A stretch of 64,000 bases of DNA from Bacillus subtilis subsp. subtilis str. 168 (GCF_000009045.1 NC_000964.3:2604001-2668000); one strand, 5' to 3'; shown: positions 33,543-43,845, numbered from the stretch's first letter. Notes: generated by a model from the sequence alone, not told the origin. Made by a program: numbers and translations.

Positions 33543-35873
33543 TTAGTTCGTCTCTGTTATATCTGATGTATCATATGGAGGATAGACAGAAAAGGTTCCA
33601 ACTCTGTTTTTGTATCTATATTGGATCGTTCCGTTTTGATCTGTTCGCAGCACGCGGATAGAATGTCTCTGTAATAGTTGCAGAACTTTTTGATGAGGAT
33701 GATGGTACCGATTGTTTTTCCCGGCTGAGATAATGGCCGTTTTCGGCTGAAGCTGTTGGATGAATTCTTCACCGGTAGAGCCTTTGCTCCCATGGTGCCC
33801 CACCTTTAACACATCTGCTTTTATATTCGGAAACACGTTCATCACCTCTTGTTCCCCTTCTTTCTCCAGATCACCCGTCAAGATCCAGCTCATACCGCCC
33901 GTCTCCATCCACAGAACGAGAGATGAATTATTTTTGCTTGCCGGATCAGGTGCTTCCGGTGACAGTACATGGAACTGCAAATCCTTTATTTGCAACACAT
34001 CGCCTCGCTTCACCTCTTCAATTGCCACTCCCTCTTCCCTGGCTGCCTGCAGCACTTTCTCATCTTTAGGTTCAGAAACGAACCCTTTCGGAATCACGAG
34101 GCGCTTTACTTTATGATGCTTCAGCAGAATCTCCGCCTCTCCGATATGATCTTGGTCAGCGTGCGTCAGAATTAAAGCGTCAAGCTGCTTGATTCCCTTA
34201 GCAGTTAAAAACGGAATCAGCACCTTTTCCCCCAGTGAAAACGGATGCTGTTTTTCGCGCCAAGGCTCTGACGAGTAAGACAAAGTGCCGCCGGTATCAA
34301 TTAAGACACGACCCCGCTGATGCGGAGCACCTACAAACATGCTGTCACCCTGTCCAATATCTATCATATCCACTTCTCCTTCGGAACTAAGACACGGATA
34401 TATAAAGAGCAGAAACATCACCGTGCAGCAAATGCCTCCGGTTACCATCAACTGCGACAAGGAGCGTTTTTCAATCGCCATAAGCAATAGGATGATCGTG
34501 ACTGTGAATAAAAAAAGCAAAACAGGTGCAGGATGTGCGATCATAATCGTGAACACATCAACATCTGCAATGTTTGTGATTAACCTATTGATCCAGCTTA
34601 TCAATAAATCAAACCAGCTGAAAAACAATCTCCCAAACGAAGCGGAAAGACTTAATAGAAGAACACCTGCTACAGCTCCCGGCAAAATACAGAAGGTATA
34701 AAATGGTACCATCAACATATTCATCGGTACGCTGATGATAGAAAACTGATGAAAATGATATAGGAGAATCGGAAGCGAGCCCAGCTGAGCGATGAGTGAT
34801 ACAATTGTCAGCTGCCCCAAGGAGGTTTTAACCTGCTGAAAAATAGAAGAGGATAGAATTAAAGAAAAACTGACGGCGAACGATAGCTGAAAACCGGCTT
34901 CAAAGAGATGATAAGGATTGAAGAGCAGAAGGACGATGTACGAAAGGCAAATTGCAGTTGCAGAGCGGACACGCCATTTGACAAGACTTCCAGCTAAGTA
35001 AACACCCGACATGAGAGCGGCGCGTAGCACTGAAGGAGCAGCGCCGGTCAACATCACATAGAGCGGCAGAAATAACAGCAACAGAATTGACGCCTTTTCT
35101 CTAGTTATACCAAGGCGGATCATGATATAAAACAAACCTGCTGTCAAAATCCCCACGTGGAGTCCTGATATTGCCAAGAGATGGACAACACCAAGCTTTT
35201 GATACGCGGTAAGCACTTCATCCTCCACGTAAAATCTGTCACCAACTGTAAGTGCCTGTACAATCCCTGTCGAATCAGGAGGCAGAAGGCTGTTTGTGAA
35301 TGATATGATATGTTTTCTCAAGCTGAGCACCTTGTACTTGAAATTTTCAGGTTCGCTGCAGTTTTGGATAGACGTGACAGAGTAGTTCCAATGAATATGC
35401 TGCCGATAAAGATACTCGTTATAATCAAATGCACCCGGCACAGTTGCGTGATTCGGTTCTTCCAATGTACCAGTCAACTCACATGACATTCCTGGTTCTA
35501 TGTATAACAGCTGTTCTTTTTCACCAGCAGACTGAATGCGATACGCAGCAGCCCATTTTTCCTTATCAGGTGTCTCAACCATCATAGACATACGGTCGCC
35601 GTCAATTTTGGGAATAGTGTCAATCACTGCCTTGAATTGATAGGTTCCCTGCCGATAGGAAGAGACATTCTGAGAATCTGTGACTGCATACAGTACAAAA
35701 AACAATATAAAAGAGAAGAAACAAACAATAATAAGAAAAGCGTGCCTCGTTTTGATTAAAATGATGAGGAGAAAGAGGATGAAAAGAAAAATAGCGGGGA
35801 AATAAGCGGCGGCAGTAATTCCAGCCGTTGCCGAAGCTGCCGCCATAGGCAATAATAAGCGCGAATTACGCAT
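33543..35873 (-). CDS. comEC: DNA uptake channel ComEC
   Basis: 776 aa; HLLAISGLHVG competence domain and metallo-beta-lactamase domain (THADQDH, HHGS). Confidence 0.97.
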   Translation of the reverse strand: MRNSRLLLPMAAASATAGITAAAYFPAIFLFILFLLIILIKTRHAFLIIVCFFSFILFFVLYAVTDSQNVSSYRQGTYQFKAVIDTIPKIDGDRMSMMVETPDKEKWAAAYRIQSAGEKEQLLYIEPGMSCELTGTLEEPNHATVPGAFDYNEYLYRQHIHWNYSVTSIQNCSEPENFKYKVLSLRKHIISFTNSLLPPDSTGIVQALTVGDRFYVEDEVLTAYQKLGVVHLLAISGLHVGILTAGLFYIMIRLGITREKASILLLLFLPLYVMLTGAAPSVLRAALMSGVYLAGSLVKWRVRSATAICLSYIVLLLFNPYHLFEAGFQLSFAVSFSLILSSSIFQQVKTSLGQLTIVSLIAQLGSLPILLYHFHQFSIISVPMNMLMVPFYTFCILPGAVAGVLLLSLSASFGRLFFSWFDLLISWINRLITNIADVDVFTIMIAHPAPVLLFLFTVTIILLLMAIEKRSLSQLMVTGGICCTVMFLLFIYPCLSSEGEVDMIDIGQGDSMFVGAPHQRGRVLIDTGGTLSYSSEPWREKQHPFSLGEKVLIPFLTAKGIKQLDALILTHADQDHIGEAEILLKHHKVKRLVIPKGFVSEPKDEKVLQAAREEGVAIEEVKRGDVLQIKDLQFHVLSPEAPDPASKNNSSLVLWMETGGMSWILTGDLEKEGEQEVMNVFPNIKADVLKVGHHGSKGSTGEEFIQQLQPKTAIISAGKNNRYHHPHQKVLQLLQRHSIRVLRTDQNGTIQYRYKNRVGTFSVYPPYDTSDITETN

Positions 35874-35876
35874 TCA

Positions 35877-36446
35877 TCACACGTAGCTCGTGAAAAGTGT
35901 ATTCGCCTGTTCATGTATCTTTTTCAATTCTTCCTCCGCTAAACCGGCATCAGCCAATTTCCCTATTAGACCCGCTACAAATGAAAGCTTTTCTCTGTTT
36001 TTCAGATCAACGATCATTTCATCGAGTTCAACCTGTTCAACAGTTACACCCGCCTGTTCAAATAATTCCTGCGCATACGGATGTGTTTTGTAATCCTCAG
36101 CATAATAAACCGTTTTGATACCAGCTTGAATAATAGATTTGCAGCATTGAATGCACGGATAATGCGTCACATAAATCTCGGCTCCATCAGTCGGCACCCC
36201 AAACTTAGAGCATTGAAGAATCGCATTCATTTCAGCGTGAATGGTTCTTGCGCAATGATCATCTATCATTAAGCATCCTTCATCTGCACAATGTACGCCG
36301 CCCGCGATTGACCCATTGTAGCCTCCTGCTATCATGCGTTTGTCTCTGACTATAGTAGCGCCGACAGATAATCTCGGACATGTGCTGCGCAGCGCCAATA
36401 AATGGCTTTGAGCCATAAAGTATTGATTCCATGAAATTCGTTCCAC
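35877..36446 (-). CDS. comEB: ComEB, dCMP deaminase family
   Basis: 189 aa; HAEMNA and PCIQC. Confidence 0.96.
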   Translation of the reverse strand: MERISWNQYFMAQSHLLALRSTCPRLSVGATIVRDKRMIAGGYNGSIAGGVHCADEGCLMIDDHCARTIHAEMNAILQCSKFGVPTDGAEIYVTHYPCIQCCKSIIQAGIKTVYYAEDYKTHPYAQELFEQAGVTVEQVELDEMIVDLKNREKLSFVAGLIGKLADAGLAEEELKKIHEQANTLFTSYV

Positions 36447-36512
36447 GTTGTTCCCTCCAAATGTTGTGTTGCCTGACCTTTAGTTTACCTATCATAATGC
36501 ATGACCGTCAAA

Positions 36513-37130
36513 TCACTTTACTGTAATGGAAGACTTTATTTTCTCAAATGACTTTTCACCTATTCCTGAAACCTTAGTGATATCTTCAATTGTTTGGAAA
36601 CGACCGTTTTCCTCCCGGTATGCAATAATAGCTTCAGCTTTGGATGGCCCCACCCCTGAGATGCCTTGTAACTCCTCTAAGGTTGCTGTATTGATATTCA
36701 CCAGCGCTCCCTTCCCTCCATCGCTTTGGACAGACCCTCCGCCACCTTGCTGCACTGCTGTTTCCTCTCCCTTTTTCGGGATGTACACCACTGTCCCGTC
36801 CTGCAGAATCTCCGCCAAATTTACTTGCGCTTCGTCTGCTTGTTCACTGGTCCCGCCCGCTTTCTCAATTGCCTGAGATACTCTGTCCCCTGTTCGCATT
36901 TCATAAACGCCAGGATGCTGAACAGCACCTTTGATGTCTATCACAATTGTTTCGTTTGACTCGTCGTTGTTTGCTTCCTGCTTTACCACTGTATTTTCTG
37001 TCTCTGTTGGTACAGCTTGCTTCACCGGCTCTTTATTTTTCCCTGTGGCCAGAAAGATCATAATCGCTGTGAAAACAGCCGCAGAAGCCGCTAAAATAAT
37101 TGCTTTCTTATGCTGATTCAACCAATTCAT
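36513..37130 (-). CDS. comEA: DNA receptor ComEA
   Basis: 205 aa; N-terminal TM segment, SLBB-like domain, HhH motifs (SGVGPSKA, SGIGEKS). Confidence 0.97.
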   Translation of the reverse strand: MNWLNQHKKAIILAASAAVFTAIMIFLATGKNKEPVKQAVPTETENTVVKQEANNDESNETIVIDIKGAVQHPGVYEMRTGDRVSQAIEKAGGTSEQADEAQVNLAEILQDGTVVYIPKKGEETAVQQGGGGSVQSDGGKGALVNINTATLEELQGISGVGPSKAEAIIAYREENGRFQTIEDITKVSGIGEKSFEKIKSSITVK

Positions 37131-37213
37131 CGTGCATGTTCCCCGCTTTCGTCATATTTTATTTTCATAACACATATGGTTTAGAGGATAATAGCTCAAA
37201 GGAGGGGAAACCA

Positions 37214-38035
37214 TTGAAGATAGGCTTTATCGGCACAGGAAATATGGGTACGATCCTTATCGAATCATTTATTGAATCAAAAGCGGCCGATCCCTCAAAC
37301 ATGACAATCACAAACCGCACAATTGAAAAAGCGTTGCACATAAAAAACCGCTACAACAGCATAAACGTTACCGAAAGTCTCGAAAAGCTCGTTTCTGAAA
37401 ACGAGATGATTTTTATTTGTGTTAAGCCGCTTGATATATATCCTTTACTGGCAAGAGCGTTACCTTATTTAAGAAAAGATCATATTCTCATTTCAATTAC
37501 AAGCCCCGTTCAAACCGAACAGCTCGAACAATATGTGCCGTGTCAAGTGGCGCGAGTGATCCCAAGTATTACGAACAGAGCGCTGGCAGGTGTTTCTCTC
37601 GTCACTTTCGGCACAAGCTGCGGCGAATCTGCAAAAGCGAAAATCAATGAGCTGATGCAGCATATCTCTCATCCGCTGCAAATTGAAAGTGACATCACGA
37701 GGGTTGCATCAGACATCGTAAGCTGCGGCCCCGCTTTTATGAGCTATCTGATTCAGCGGTTTATAGATGCAGCTGTTTCGGAAACATCAGTGTCTAAACA
37801 GGACGCGATTTTGATGTGTAAGGAAATGCTTGTCGGAATGGGAAAACTGTTAGAAACCGAATTGTATACCCTGCCTGCATTACAGGAAAAGGTTTGCGTT
37901 AAAGGCGGTGTAACAGGAGAAGGCATTAAAGCGCTGGAAAGCGGTGTGCAGGATATGTTTCACCGGGTATTTCAAAATACTCATATGAAGTACGAGGAGG
38001 ATATTTCCGCAGTGAAAAAGCAGTTTCATGTGTAG
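37214..38035 (+). CDS. comER: ComER, pyrroline-5-carboxylate reductase-like
   Basis: TTG start 37214 (273 aa; SD AAAGGAGG); GFIGTGNMG Rossmann motif, SCGPAF, VKGGVT. Confidence 0.93.
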   Translation: MKIGFIGTGNMGTILIESFIESKAADPSNMTITNRTIEKALHIKNRYNSINVTESLEKLVSENEMIFICVKPLDIYPLLARALPYLRKDHILISITSPVQTEQLEQYVPCQVARVIPSITNRALAGVSLVTFGTSCGESAKAKINELMQHISHPLQIESDITRVASDIVSCGPAFMSYLIQRFIDAAVSETSVSKQDAILMCKEMLVGMGKLLETELYTLPALQEKVCVKGGVTGEGIKALESGVQDMFHRVFQNTHMKYEEDISAVKKQFHV

Positions 38036-38038
38036 ACG

Positions 38039-38118
38039 AGTATGTCATACGTTCGTCTGTACTGCAAAAGCATAAAAAAGCATTTTAAAAAACCATCGTT
38101 TTAGGAAACGATGGTTTT
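38039..38118 (-). promoter_or_regulatory. Putative comE promoter with ComK-type AT boxes
   Basis: TTGCAG(38067-38062)-17 bp-CATACT(38044-38039) with an extended TG; AAAA-N5-TTTT at 38074-38086 and AAAC-N5-TTTT at 38090-38102 and 38106-38118. Confidence 0.65.
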
Positions 38119-38119
38119 T
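38088..38119. terminator. Bidirectional terminator between comER and yqeM
   Basis: AAAAACCATCGTTT...AAACGATGGTTTTT inverted repeat. Confidence 0.75.
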
Positions 38120-38844
38120 GATTTCTGCGCCTTGAAAAAGAGGCGTTCTGATTGTGCTGATGGCTCGGTATCCGTAAAATCAGCTGTCACGCGATGGAGC
38201 TGAAAGCCGCAGTTCTTAAGCATTTCTTCGTATTCTTCCACCGGGAACGTTCTTTGCTCGTGTGTCTCATCAAAACGATCATACGCTTCTCCGTTCCACA
38301 CAAAAAACGACATATCATGAATGACAGAAAGCTCGTCACTTCCGGCAAAGCTCTGCCAAATATAGCTGATATCTTCGTCCTGGTCAGCAAATGTGCTATC
38401 CGGAAAGACTTCCGCAATTTTAAAAGATGAATGAACATCAAACAGCAGGATGCCTTCAGGCTTTAATACCCGAAAAACACTTTTAAAGGTTTCGATCACA
38501 TCATTTTTTGTTTTTAAATAATTTAATGAGTCACAGCATATCACAACAGCGTCAAATTGACCGTCAAAGCCGGTAATCTCTCTCATATCCTGCTGAAGAA
38601 ATAAAATAGGCTGGCTACTCGATACCTTTTGCTGGGCGAAAGAAAGCATCTCTTCGCTGAGATCGATGCCTGTAACCTCGAAGCCTTTTTCGGCAAGCCG
38701 GATGGAGATTTCCCCCGTGCCGCATGCCAGATCGAGAATACGGCCTTTTTCCGGGAGAGATGCTTCAATCCATTTTGTCCATTGATCGTAAGGCGCGTGT
38801 GACATTAGCTCGTCATACACGCTTGCAAAGCCTTGATAAATCAT
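38101..38844 (-). CDS. yqeM: Class I SAM-dependent methyltransferase
   Basis: 247 aa; ILDLACGTG, GIDLS, DMR. Confidence 0.9.
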   Translation of the reverse strand: MIYQGFASVYDELMSHAPYDQWTKWIEASLPEKGRILDLACGTGEISIRLAEKGFEVTGIDLSEEMLSFAQQKVSSSQPILFLQQDMREITGFDGQFDAVVICCDSLNYLKTKNDVIETFKSVFRVLKPEGILLFDVHSSFKIAEVFPDSTFADQDEDISYIWQSFAGSDELSVIHDMSFFVWNGEAYDRFDETHEQRTFPVEEYEEMLKNCGFQLHRVTADFTDTEPSAQSERLFFKAQKSKTIVS

Positions 38845-39197
38845 TGATTCATTCCAAAGTCAAGATCTGCGAGCGGAGCGTCTCCCCACAGCTTTTCAAG
38901 GTTGTAGTAGCTTCTTTCATCCTTGTGGAAGACATGGACAACTACATCGCCTAGATCAACGAGAACCCATCTTGCTTCATCAAAGCCTTCCATCTTTTTG
39001 ACTTGAATGCCGTTTTCATCAGCTTGATCCTTGATTTCACGGGCAATCGCCTGTACCTGTTTATCTGAATTTCCGTGGCAGATCAGAAAATAATCAGCAA
39101 CCAGAGAAATACCTTCCATATCCAGTGCTAAAATATCCTCTGCCCGTTTATCATCGCAAGCCGCAGCTGCGATCTTTAAAATGGACTTTTGGTTCAT
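38841..39197 (-). CDS. rsfS: Ribosome silencing factor RsfS (yqeL)
   Basis: 118 aa; DDKRAEDI, WVLVDLGDVVVHVF, RSYYNLEKLW. Confidence 0.96.
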   Translation of the reverse strand: MNQKSILKIAAAACDDKRAEDILALDMEGISLVADYFLICHGNSDKQVQAIAREIKDQADENGIQVKKMEGFDEARWVLVDLGDVVVHVFHKDERSYYNLEKLWGDAPLADLDFGMNQ

Positions 39198-39214
39198 TCA
39201 CAAATTCCTCCTGT

Positions 39215-39775
39215 TCAGCTGCCAGACACAAGCCAGTTATACGTTAAAAATGTGTCTGGAAAAACCGGTTGATTTTTTTTCATAAGAAAAACCATTGTAT
39301 TTTTAATGGACTGAATCAGCGCTTGATTCAAATCTGTCTCAGCAAGCTTACGCACCTCATCGACACCGGGAAATGCCCGGTTTGGCTCAATGTAATCGGC
39401 AACGTAAATGACTTTTTCTAAAAGTGTCATGCCGGGGCGGCCTGAGGTATGATACCTAATGGCGTCAAGAATGTCTTCATCTTGAACCCCTGCCTCTCTT
39501 TGGACCAAATAAGCGCCGACCGGAGCGTGCCAGAGCTCCGGATTATGATCCAATAAATGCGCAGGCATTTTTTCACGCGCAATAATTTGTTTCATTTCTT
39601 CTTTCGGGCGGAATTTGGCGTAATCATGAAAGATTGCCGCTATTTCCGCTTTTTTAGAATCGGCTCCAAAACGCTCCGCAAGTTCGATCGCCGTGTTCAT
39701 CACGCCAACCGTATGGATATATCGGTGTTCGGTCAATTGCTGCTTCACGCATGCAAGTGCCTCCTCACGATTCAT
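39215..39775 (-). CDS. yqeK: HD-domain Ap4A hydrolase
   Basis: ATG 39775 (186 aa); [32 protein letters not shown]. Confidence 0.93.
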   Translation of the reverse strand: MNREEALACVKQQLTEHRYIHTVGVMNTAIELAERFGADSKKAEIAAIFHDYAKFRPKEEMKQIIAREKMPAHLLDHNPELWHAPVGAYLVQREAGVQDEDILDAIRYHTSGRPGMTLLEKVIYVADYIEPNRAFPGVDEVRKLAETDLNQALIQSIKNTMVFLMKKNQPVFPDTFLTYNWLVSGS

Positions 39776-40334
39776 ATAAACCATTCTCCTCTACATACTT
39801 CTTCACTTTATCAGGGATTAAGTAGTCAGTGGGCTTCTTGCTTTTAAACCGTTCCCTTATCATAGTTGATGATACCTCAAATTCCGGAACGTCTGCAAAG
39901 AGAAGCGGATAAGGGGTTTCAACATGAAAACCGGGGCGCTTTACTCCAATAAATTGAATGAGGTTCAGCAGCTCGTCCAGCTTATACCATTTCGGCAAAT
40001 ATTCAATCATATCAGCGCCGATAATAAAGAACAGCTGATCATTTGGATAACGCTGCTTCAGTAAAGAAACGGTATCAAAGGTATATGATGGCCCTTCTCT
40101 TTCCATTTCAACAAGCTCCAGCTTAAAGGACGGATTAGATTGAATTGCAAGCTTTAGCATTTCCACGCGATGAAAGCTGTCGGTATAGTCTTCGTTCTGT
40201 TTATGCGGCGGAATTTGATTAGGCATAAACCAAATTTCATCAAGCCCCGCCTGGTACAGCACCTCATTCGCCATTAAGAGGTGACCATTATGCGGAGGGT
40301 CAAACGTGCCTCCGAAAATTCCGATTTTCTTCAT
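39765..40334 (-). CDS. nadD: Nicotinate-nucleotide adenylyltransferase
   Basis: ATG 40334 (189 aa); [17 protein letters not shown]. Confidence 0.96.
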   Translation of the reverse strand: MKKIGIFGGTFDPPHNGHLLMANEVLYQAGLDEIWFMPNQIPPHKQNEDYTDSFHRVEMLKLAIQSNPSFKLELVEMEREGPSYTFDTVSLLKQRYPNDQLFFIIGADMIEYLPKWYKLDELLNLIQFIGVKRPGFHVETPYPLLFADVPEFEVSSTMIRERFKSKKPTDYLIPDKVKKYVEENGLYES

Positions 40335-40345
40335 TTCAACCACCT

Positions 40346-40636
40346 TTAAGGAAGCTCGATTTGTTTATTTTCCTTTGATTCCTTATATAACACAATCGTA
40401 TTGCCGATTGTCTGCACCAATTGAGAGCGGCTTCCTTTTACAAGAGCTTCCGCTACATCGTTTTTATCCTCTTCGCAATTCTGAAGCACGCTGACTTTAA
40501 TCAGCTCTCTCGCTTCAAGCGCCTCAGCAATTTGTTTAATCATGTTGTCGTTTACTCCGCCTTTACCTACTTGAAAAATCGGCGTTAAATGATGCGCTTT
40601 TGAACGCAAAAAACGTTTTTGTTTACCTGTTAACAT
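40346..40636 (-). CDS. yqeI: YhbY/CRM-domain RNA-binding protein
   Basis: 96 aa; LRSKAHHL...QVGKGG, ELIKV, QTIG. Confidence 0.92.
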   Translation of the reverse strand: MLTGKQKRFLRSKAHHLTPIFQVGKGGVNDNMIKQIAEALEARELIKVSVLQNCEEDKNDVAEALVKGSRSQLVQTIGNTIVLYKESKENKQIELP

Positions 40637-41472
40637 TCTGTTCCTCCTAATTTTCCTATTACAATAGATCTCATTTTTTCAATATTAGGCTCTTGTCCAG
40701 TCCACAATTGGAAAGACAATGCTGCCTGTTCAACAAACATGCCCACACCATCGAGTGTTTTCAAGCCTTTTTGGCTTGCTTCTTTTAAAAGTGCCGTCTG
40801 TATTGGATTATACACGATATCACATACGACGGCACTGCTCGCGGCACGCTGTAATGAAAGCGGCACATCGTCCACGTTCGGATACATGCCCACAGACGTT
40901 GTATGGATGATAACATCATACTGCTCAAGACGTTCTTCTGCTTCTTTTATGCTTAATACTTCTTTATTGTGAAACGAGGGAGTAGCTTCTGTAAGCCGCT
41001 TTGCTTTTTCTAACGTCCGGTTGCAAATGTCAAATTTTTTCGGGGTATTTCGGACAATTGTTGTAAAAATGGCTCTCGCCGCTCCGCCAGCGCCGATCAT
41101 TAAGAATGACAGTTCAGAGATGGGCTTGTCTAATACCTTCATTAATGACTTCACGAAGCCTTCCCCATCGGTATTGTATCCGACAAGCTTATCTCCCTCT
41201 CTTCTGACCGTGTTTACGGCACCGAGCACTTTTGCACTCTCATCAATATGATCCAAATAATCCATAATGGAAACCTTGTGCGGAACAGTCACATTGATTC
41301 CTTGTACGCCTAGAGCTCTTATTCCTTTTACCGCATCCTCCAGATCATTCTCTTCTACCTTGAAGGCATGATAATGTCCGTCAAGCCCGAGGTCTTTCAA
41401 TGATGCGTTATGAATATCAGGTGACATAGAATGGCCAATAGGATTTCCGATAACCCCGTACAGCTTTTTCAT
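40630..41472 (-). CDS. aroE: Shikimate dehydrogenase (called aroD in older B. subtilis nomenclature)
   Basis: 280 aa; HSMSP, NVTVPHK, NTDGEG, GAGGAA. Confidence 0.95.
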   Translation of the reverse strand: MKKLYGVIGNPIGHSMSPDIHNASLKDLGLDGHYHAFKVEENDLEDAVKGIRALGVQGINVTVPHKVSIMDYLDHIDESAKVLGAVNTVRREGDKLVGYNTDGEGFVKSLMKVLDKPISELSFLMIGAGGAARAIFTTIVRNTPKKFDICNRTLEKAKRLTEATPSFHNKEVLSIKEAEERLEQYDVIIHTTSVGMYPNVDDVPLSLQRAASSAVVCDIVYNPIQTALLKEASQKGLKTLDGVGMFVEQAALSFQLWTGQEPNIEKMRSIVIGKLGGTEC

Positions 41473-41489
41473 ACACCTCTCCCCTTTTC

Positions 41490-42590
41490 TTAAATTAATG
41501 AACGCCGAACAAATACATGAACGCCTTTTGGCGCGTATGCAGTTACCTTTTTATCAGCGTCATGGACAGTAACCCAGCCTAACCCAGAGAAAACGATATC
41601 TGTCTTTTTGTCTTTTATCGTAAACGTATGGGCGACCAATTCAGGAAACTCATCCATTTCATCTTTACCCGGAGGTGTGAGCAATTCCCCTGCATGCTTT
41701 TCATAAAGCGCGTCTGCATTTTCAAGTTTTGTTCTATGAATCATCAGCTCATTCGGCATATAGCAAATAAAAGGAGATCTTTCCCCAGACACATAATCAA
41801 ACCTTGCAAGTCCGCCAAAATACAGTGTTTGCTGATCATTAAGCTGGAATGTGCGAGGCTTCAGCTCCTTTTTAGGAGATAATATTTTCAGGTCCTTTTT
41901 ATTGACATAATGCGCCATTTGATGGTTGTTGATAATTCCCGGTGTATCATAAAGCGATGAACCGTCATCCAGCGGGATTTCAATCGCATCAAGGGTTGTG
42001 CCAGGAAATTGGGATGTTGTAATAATATCTTCTTCACCTGACACTTCTTTAATAATCCGGTTAATAAAGGTTGACTTTCCTACATTTGTACATCCGACAA
42101 CATAGACGTCTTTTCCGTTGCGGTAATGCTCAATCGCGTCAATTACTTCTCTGATTCCCTGGCCGCGACCCGCACTGACCAAAAATACGTCAACCGGTTT
42201 TAAGCCAAGCTCTTTCGCTTCACGCTTCATCCATTGGATCAGACGCTCTCTTTTCAGTGACTTAGGCAAAATATCCGCTTTATTGCCAACTAATAAGATA
42301 GGGTTTCCCCCCACCAAGCGCTGCAGCCCATTAATCCAGCTGCCGTTAAAATCAAAAATATCAACAATTTTTACGACCAGAGAGTCCGTTTCTCCAATAC
42401 CGTGAAGAATGTTCAAAAAATCATCATCAGTTAAGGAGACATCTTGTATTTCATTATAGTTTTTCAGTCTGAAGCAACGCTGGCAAATCACATTTTCTTT
42501 CGTAAGCGATGCAGGCGGCGCGTACCCCAAACCTGTTTTGTCCTCGGTTTGGATCGTAACTCCGCACCCGATACAAACAACCTTTTCCAT
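41490..42590 (-). CDS. yqeH: Circularly permuted 30S-assembly GTPase
   Basis: 366 aa; CxxC...CxxC zinc finger, NKAD, GCTNVGKST, DTPG in permuted order. Confidence 0.96.
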   Translation of the reverse strand: MEKVVCIGCGVTIQTEDKTGLGYAPPASLTKENVICQRCFRLKNYNEIQDVSLTDDDFLNILHGIGETDSLVVKIVDIFDFNGSWINGLQRLVGGNPILLVGNKADILPKSLKRERLIQWMKREAKELGLKPVDVFLVSAGRGQGIREVIDAIEHYRNGKDVYVVGCTNVGKSTFINRIIKEVSGEEDIITTSQFPGTTLDAIEIPLDDGSSLYDTPGIINNHQMAHYVNKKDLKILSPKKELKPRTFQLNDQQTLYFGGLARFDYVSGERSPFICYMPNELMIHRTKLENADALYEKHAGELLTPPGKDEMDEFPELVAHTFTIKDKKTDIVFSGLGWVTVHDADKKVTAYAPKGVHVFVRRSLI

Positions 42591-42593
42591 TTC

Positions 42594-43112
42594 TTACTCC
42601 TCCCACTGAATGTGCCCTTTTCGTTTGAGAGCACTCAGTATTCTGCGTTCGACCTGGCGGTTAAAGCGCGTAATGAATCCGTCAGAGGAAGCGACTGGCA
42701 CGACCAAAATCGTATGGTAGCCGTTTCGGTTTCCCCCGAGTACATCGGTCAGCAGCTGGTCTCCGATGACAACGCAGTCCTCTTTTTTCAGCTCCATATT
42801 GCGCACCGCTCTATTAAAGGCTTTACCCATCGGTTTTCTTGCTTTATAGATGAATGGGATTCCAAGCGGTTCTGAGAAAAGTTTCACTCTTCTTTCGTTA
42901 TTATTAGAGACAATTGTCACTTTAATGCCGTGTTCCTTCATTTCTTCAAACCACTCGATCAATCGCGGCGTCGCGTTCGGCCTGTCCCATTCAACAAGCG
43001 TATTATCCAGGTCAGTAATAATTCCTTTTACATTTCGTTCCTTTAATTTCTCAGGTGTAATATGAAAAATATTTTTTACAAACTCGTCAGGTAAAAAAAA
43101 CTTTTTTAACAA
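42594..43112 (-). CDS. yqeG: HAD-IIIA family phosphatase
   Basis: TTG start 43112 (172 aa); TDLDNTL, SNN, KP, IGDQLLTDVLGG. Confidence 0.93.
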   Translation of the reverse strand: MLKKFFLPDEFVKNIFHITPEKLKERNVKGIITDLDNTLVEWDRPNATPRLIEWFEEMKEHGIKVTIVSNNNERRVKLFSEPLGIPFIYKARKPMGKAFNRAVRNMELKKEDCVVIGDQLLTDVLGGNRNGYHTILVVPVASSDGFITRFNRQVERRILSALKRKGHIQWEE

Positions 43113-43150
43113 AACCCGCACCCTTCCCTTTTTCTTTCTTTCAAAATGAT

Positions 43151-43206
43151 TGTCGAAAAAAATCGAACTTGCGCCTAAAGAAAAACTGAGCAAAAAAATT
43201 TCGACA
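43151..43206. promoter_or_regulatory. Two Spo0A boxes (0A boxes) in the yqeG-sda intergenic region
   Basis: TGTCGAA at 43151-43157 and TTCGACA at 43200-43206, both matching TGNCGAA. Confidence 0.65.
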
Positions 43207-43228
43207 AAAATTGGGTTTCTTCACCAGG

Positions 43229-43328
43229 TGTGGATAAATTTACACACACTATCCACTCTTATTACATCACTCTTTAGACAAATTATAAACACGATACTCA
43301 CAAGTTATCCACTTTTTGGTGTGGATAA
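43229..43328. promoter_or_regulatory. DnaA-box cluster upstream of sda
   Basis: Perfect TGTGGATAA at 43229-43237 and 43320-43328; near-consensus CTATCCACT (43249), TTATAAACA (43283), TTATCCACT (43305). Confidence 0.9.
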
Positions 43329-43330
43329 CA

Positions 43331-43365
43331 GAACGATTGTTCTTATATGCATTTCATGGTAGATT
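43331..43365 (+). promoter_or_regulatory. sda promoter overlapped by a LexA (SOS) box
   Basis: GAAC-gatt-GTTC at 43331-43342 overlaps TTGTTC(43337-43342)-17 bp-TAGATT(43360-43365) with an extended TG. Confidence 0.7.
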
Positions 43366-43440
43366 AAAGATAACTTCAACCTCAGATGAATGCAACTTAT
43401 CATTGTATGCGTTAAAATCATGAATGATTCCAACTTTTAA

Positions 43441-43614
<174 letters not shown>

Positions 43615-43711
43615 TAGGAATTTGTCTATTTTTTCCGGGCGTATTTCCTTTTTTTACTCAGATGACTGATATTATATCACTTTGGCTGCGCGCTTTACTA
43701 CTATTTTCAGC

Positions 43712-43739
43712 AAAAAACACCCCTAAAAAGAGGTGTTTT
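43712..43739 (-). terminator. Terminator after the 30-aa membrane peptide gene
   Basis: AAAACACC/GGTGTTTT inverted repeat with T-run on the - strand. Confidence 0.65.
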
Positions 43740-43752
43740 AAAGGGCCGGTTA

Positions 43753-43845
43753 TTATGCTAACCAGTATATGCCGCCCACAACAAGGAGAACAACAACTAA
43801 AACAACAATAAAAGCGTATCCATATGCTCTGCCTGCGCCATACAT
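43753..43845 (-). CDS. YjcZ/SscA-like tiny membrane peptide (30 aa)
   Basis: SD AAGGAGG-cgcttcac-ATG; MYGAGRAYGYAFIVVLVVVLLVVGGIYWLA*; double TAA stop and its own terminator; not in the ORF track. Confidence 0.75.
   Translation of the reverse strand: MYGAGRAYGYAFIVVLVVVLLVVGGIYWLA

Noticed and set aside
37100-37213. 5' extension of comER; similar upstream extensions of yqeG (43193), rapE (55105), arsB, arsC, rpsU and yqeW
   Set aside because: These are longest-ORF artefacts. In each case an SD sits in front of a downstream ATG/TTG/GTG, and the extension overlaps promoter DNA or the neighbouring gene.
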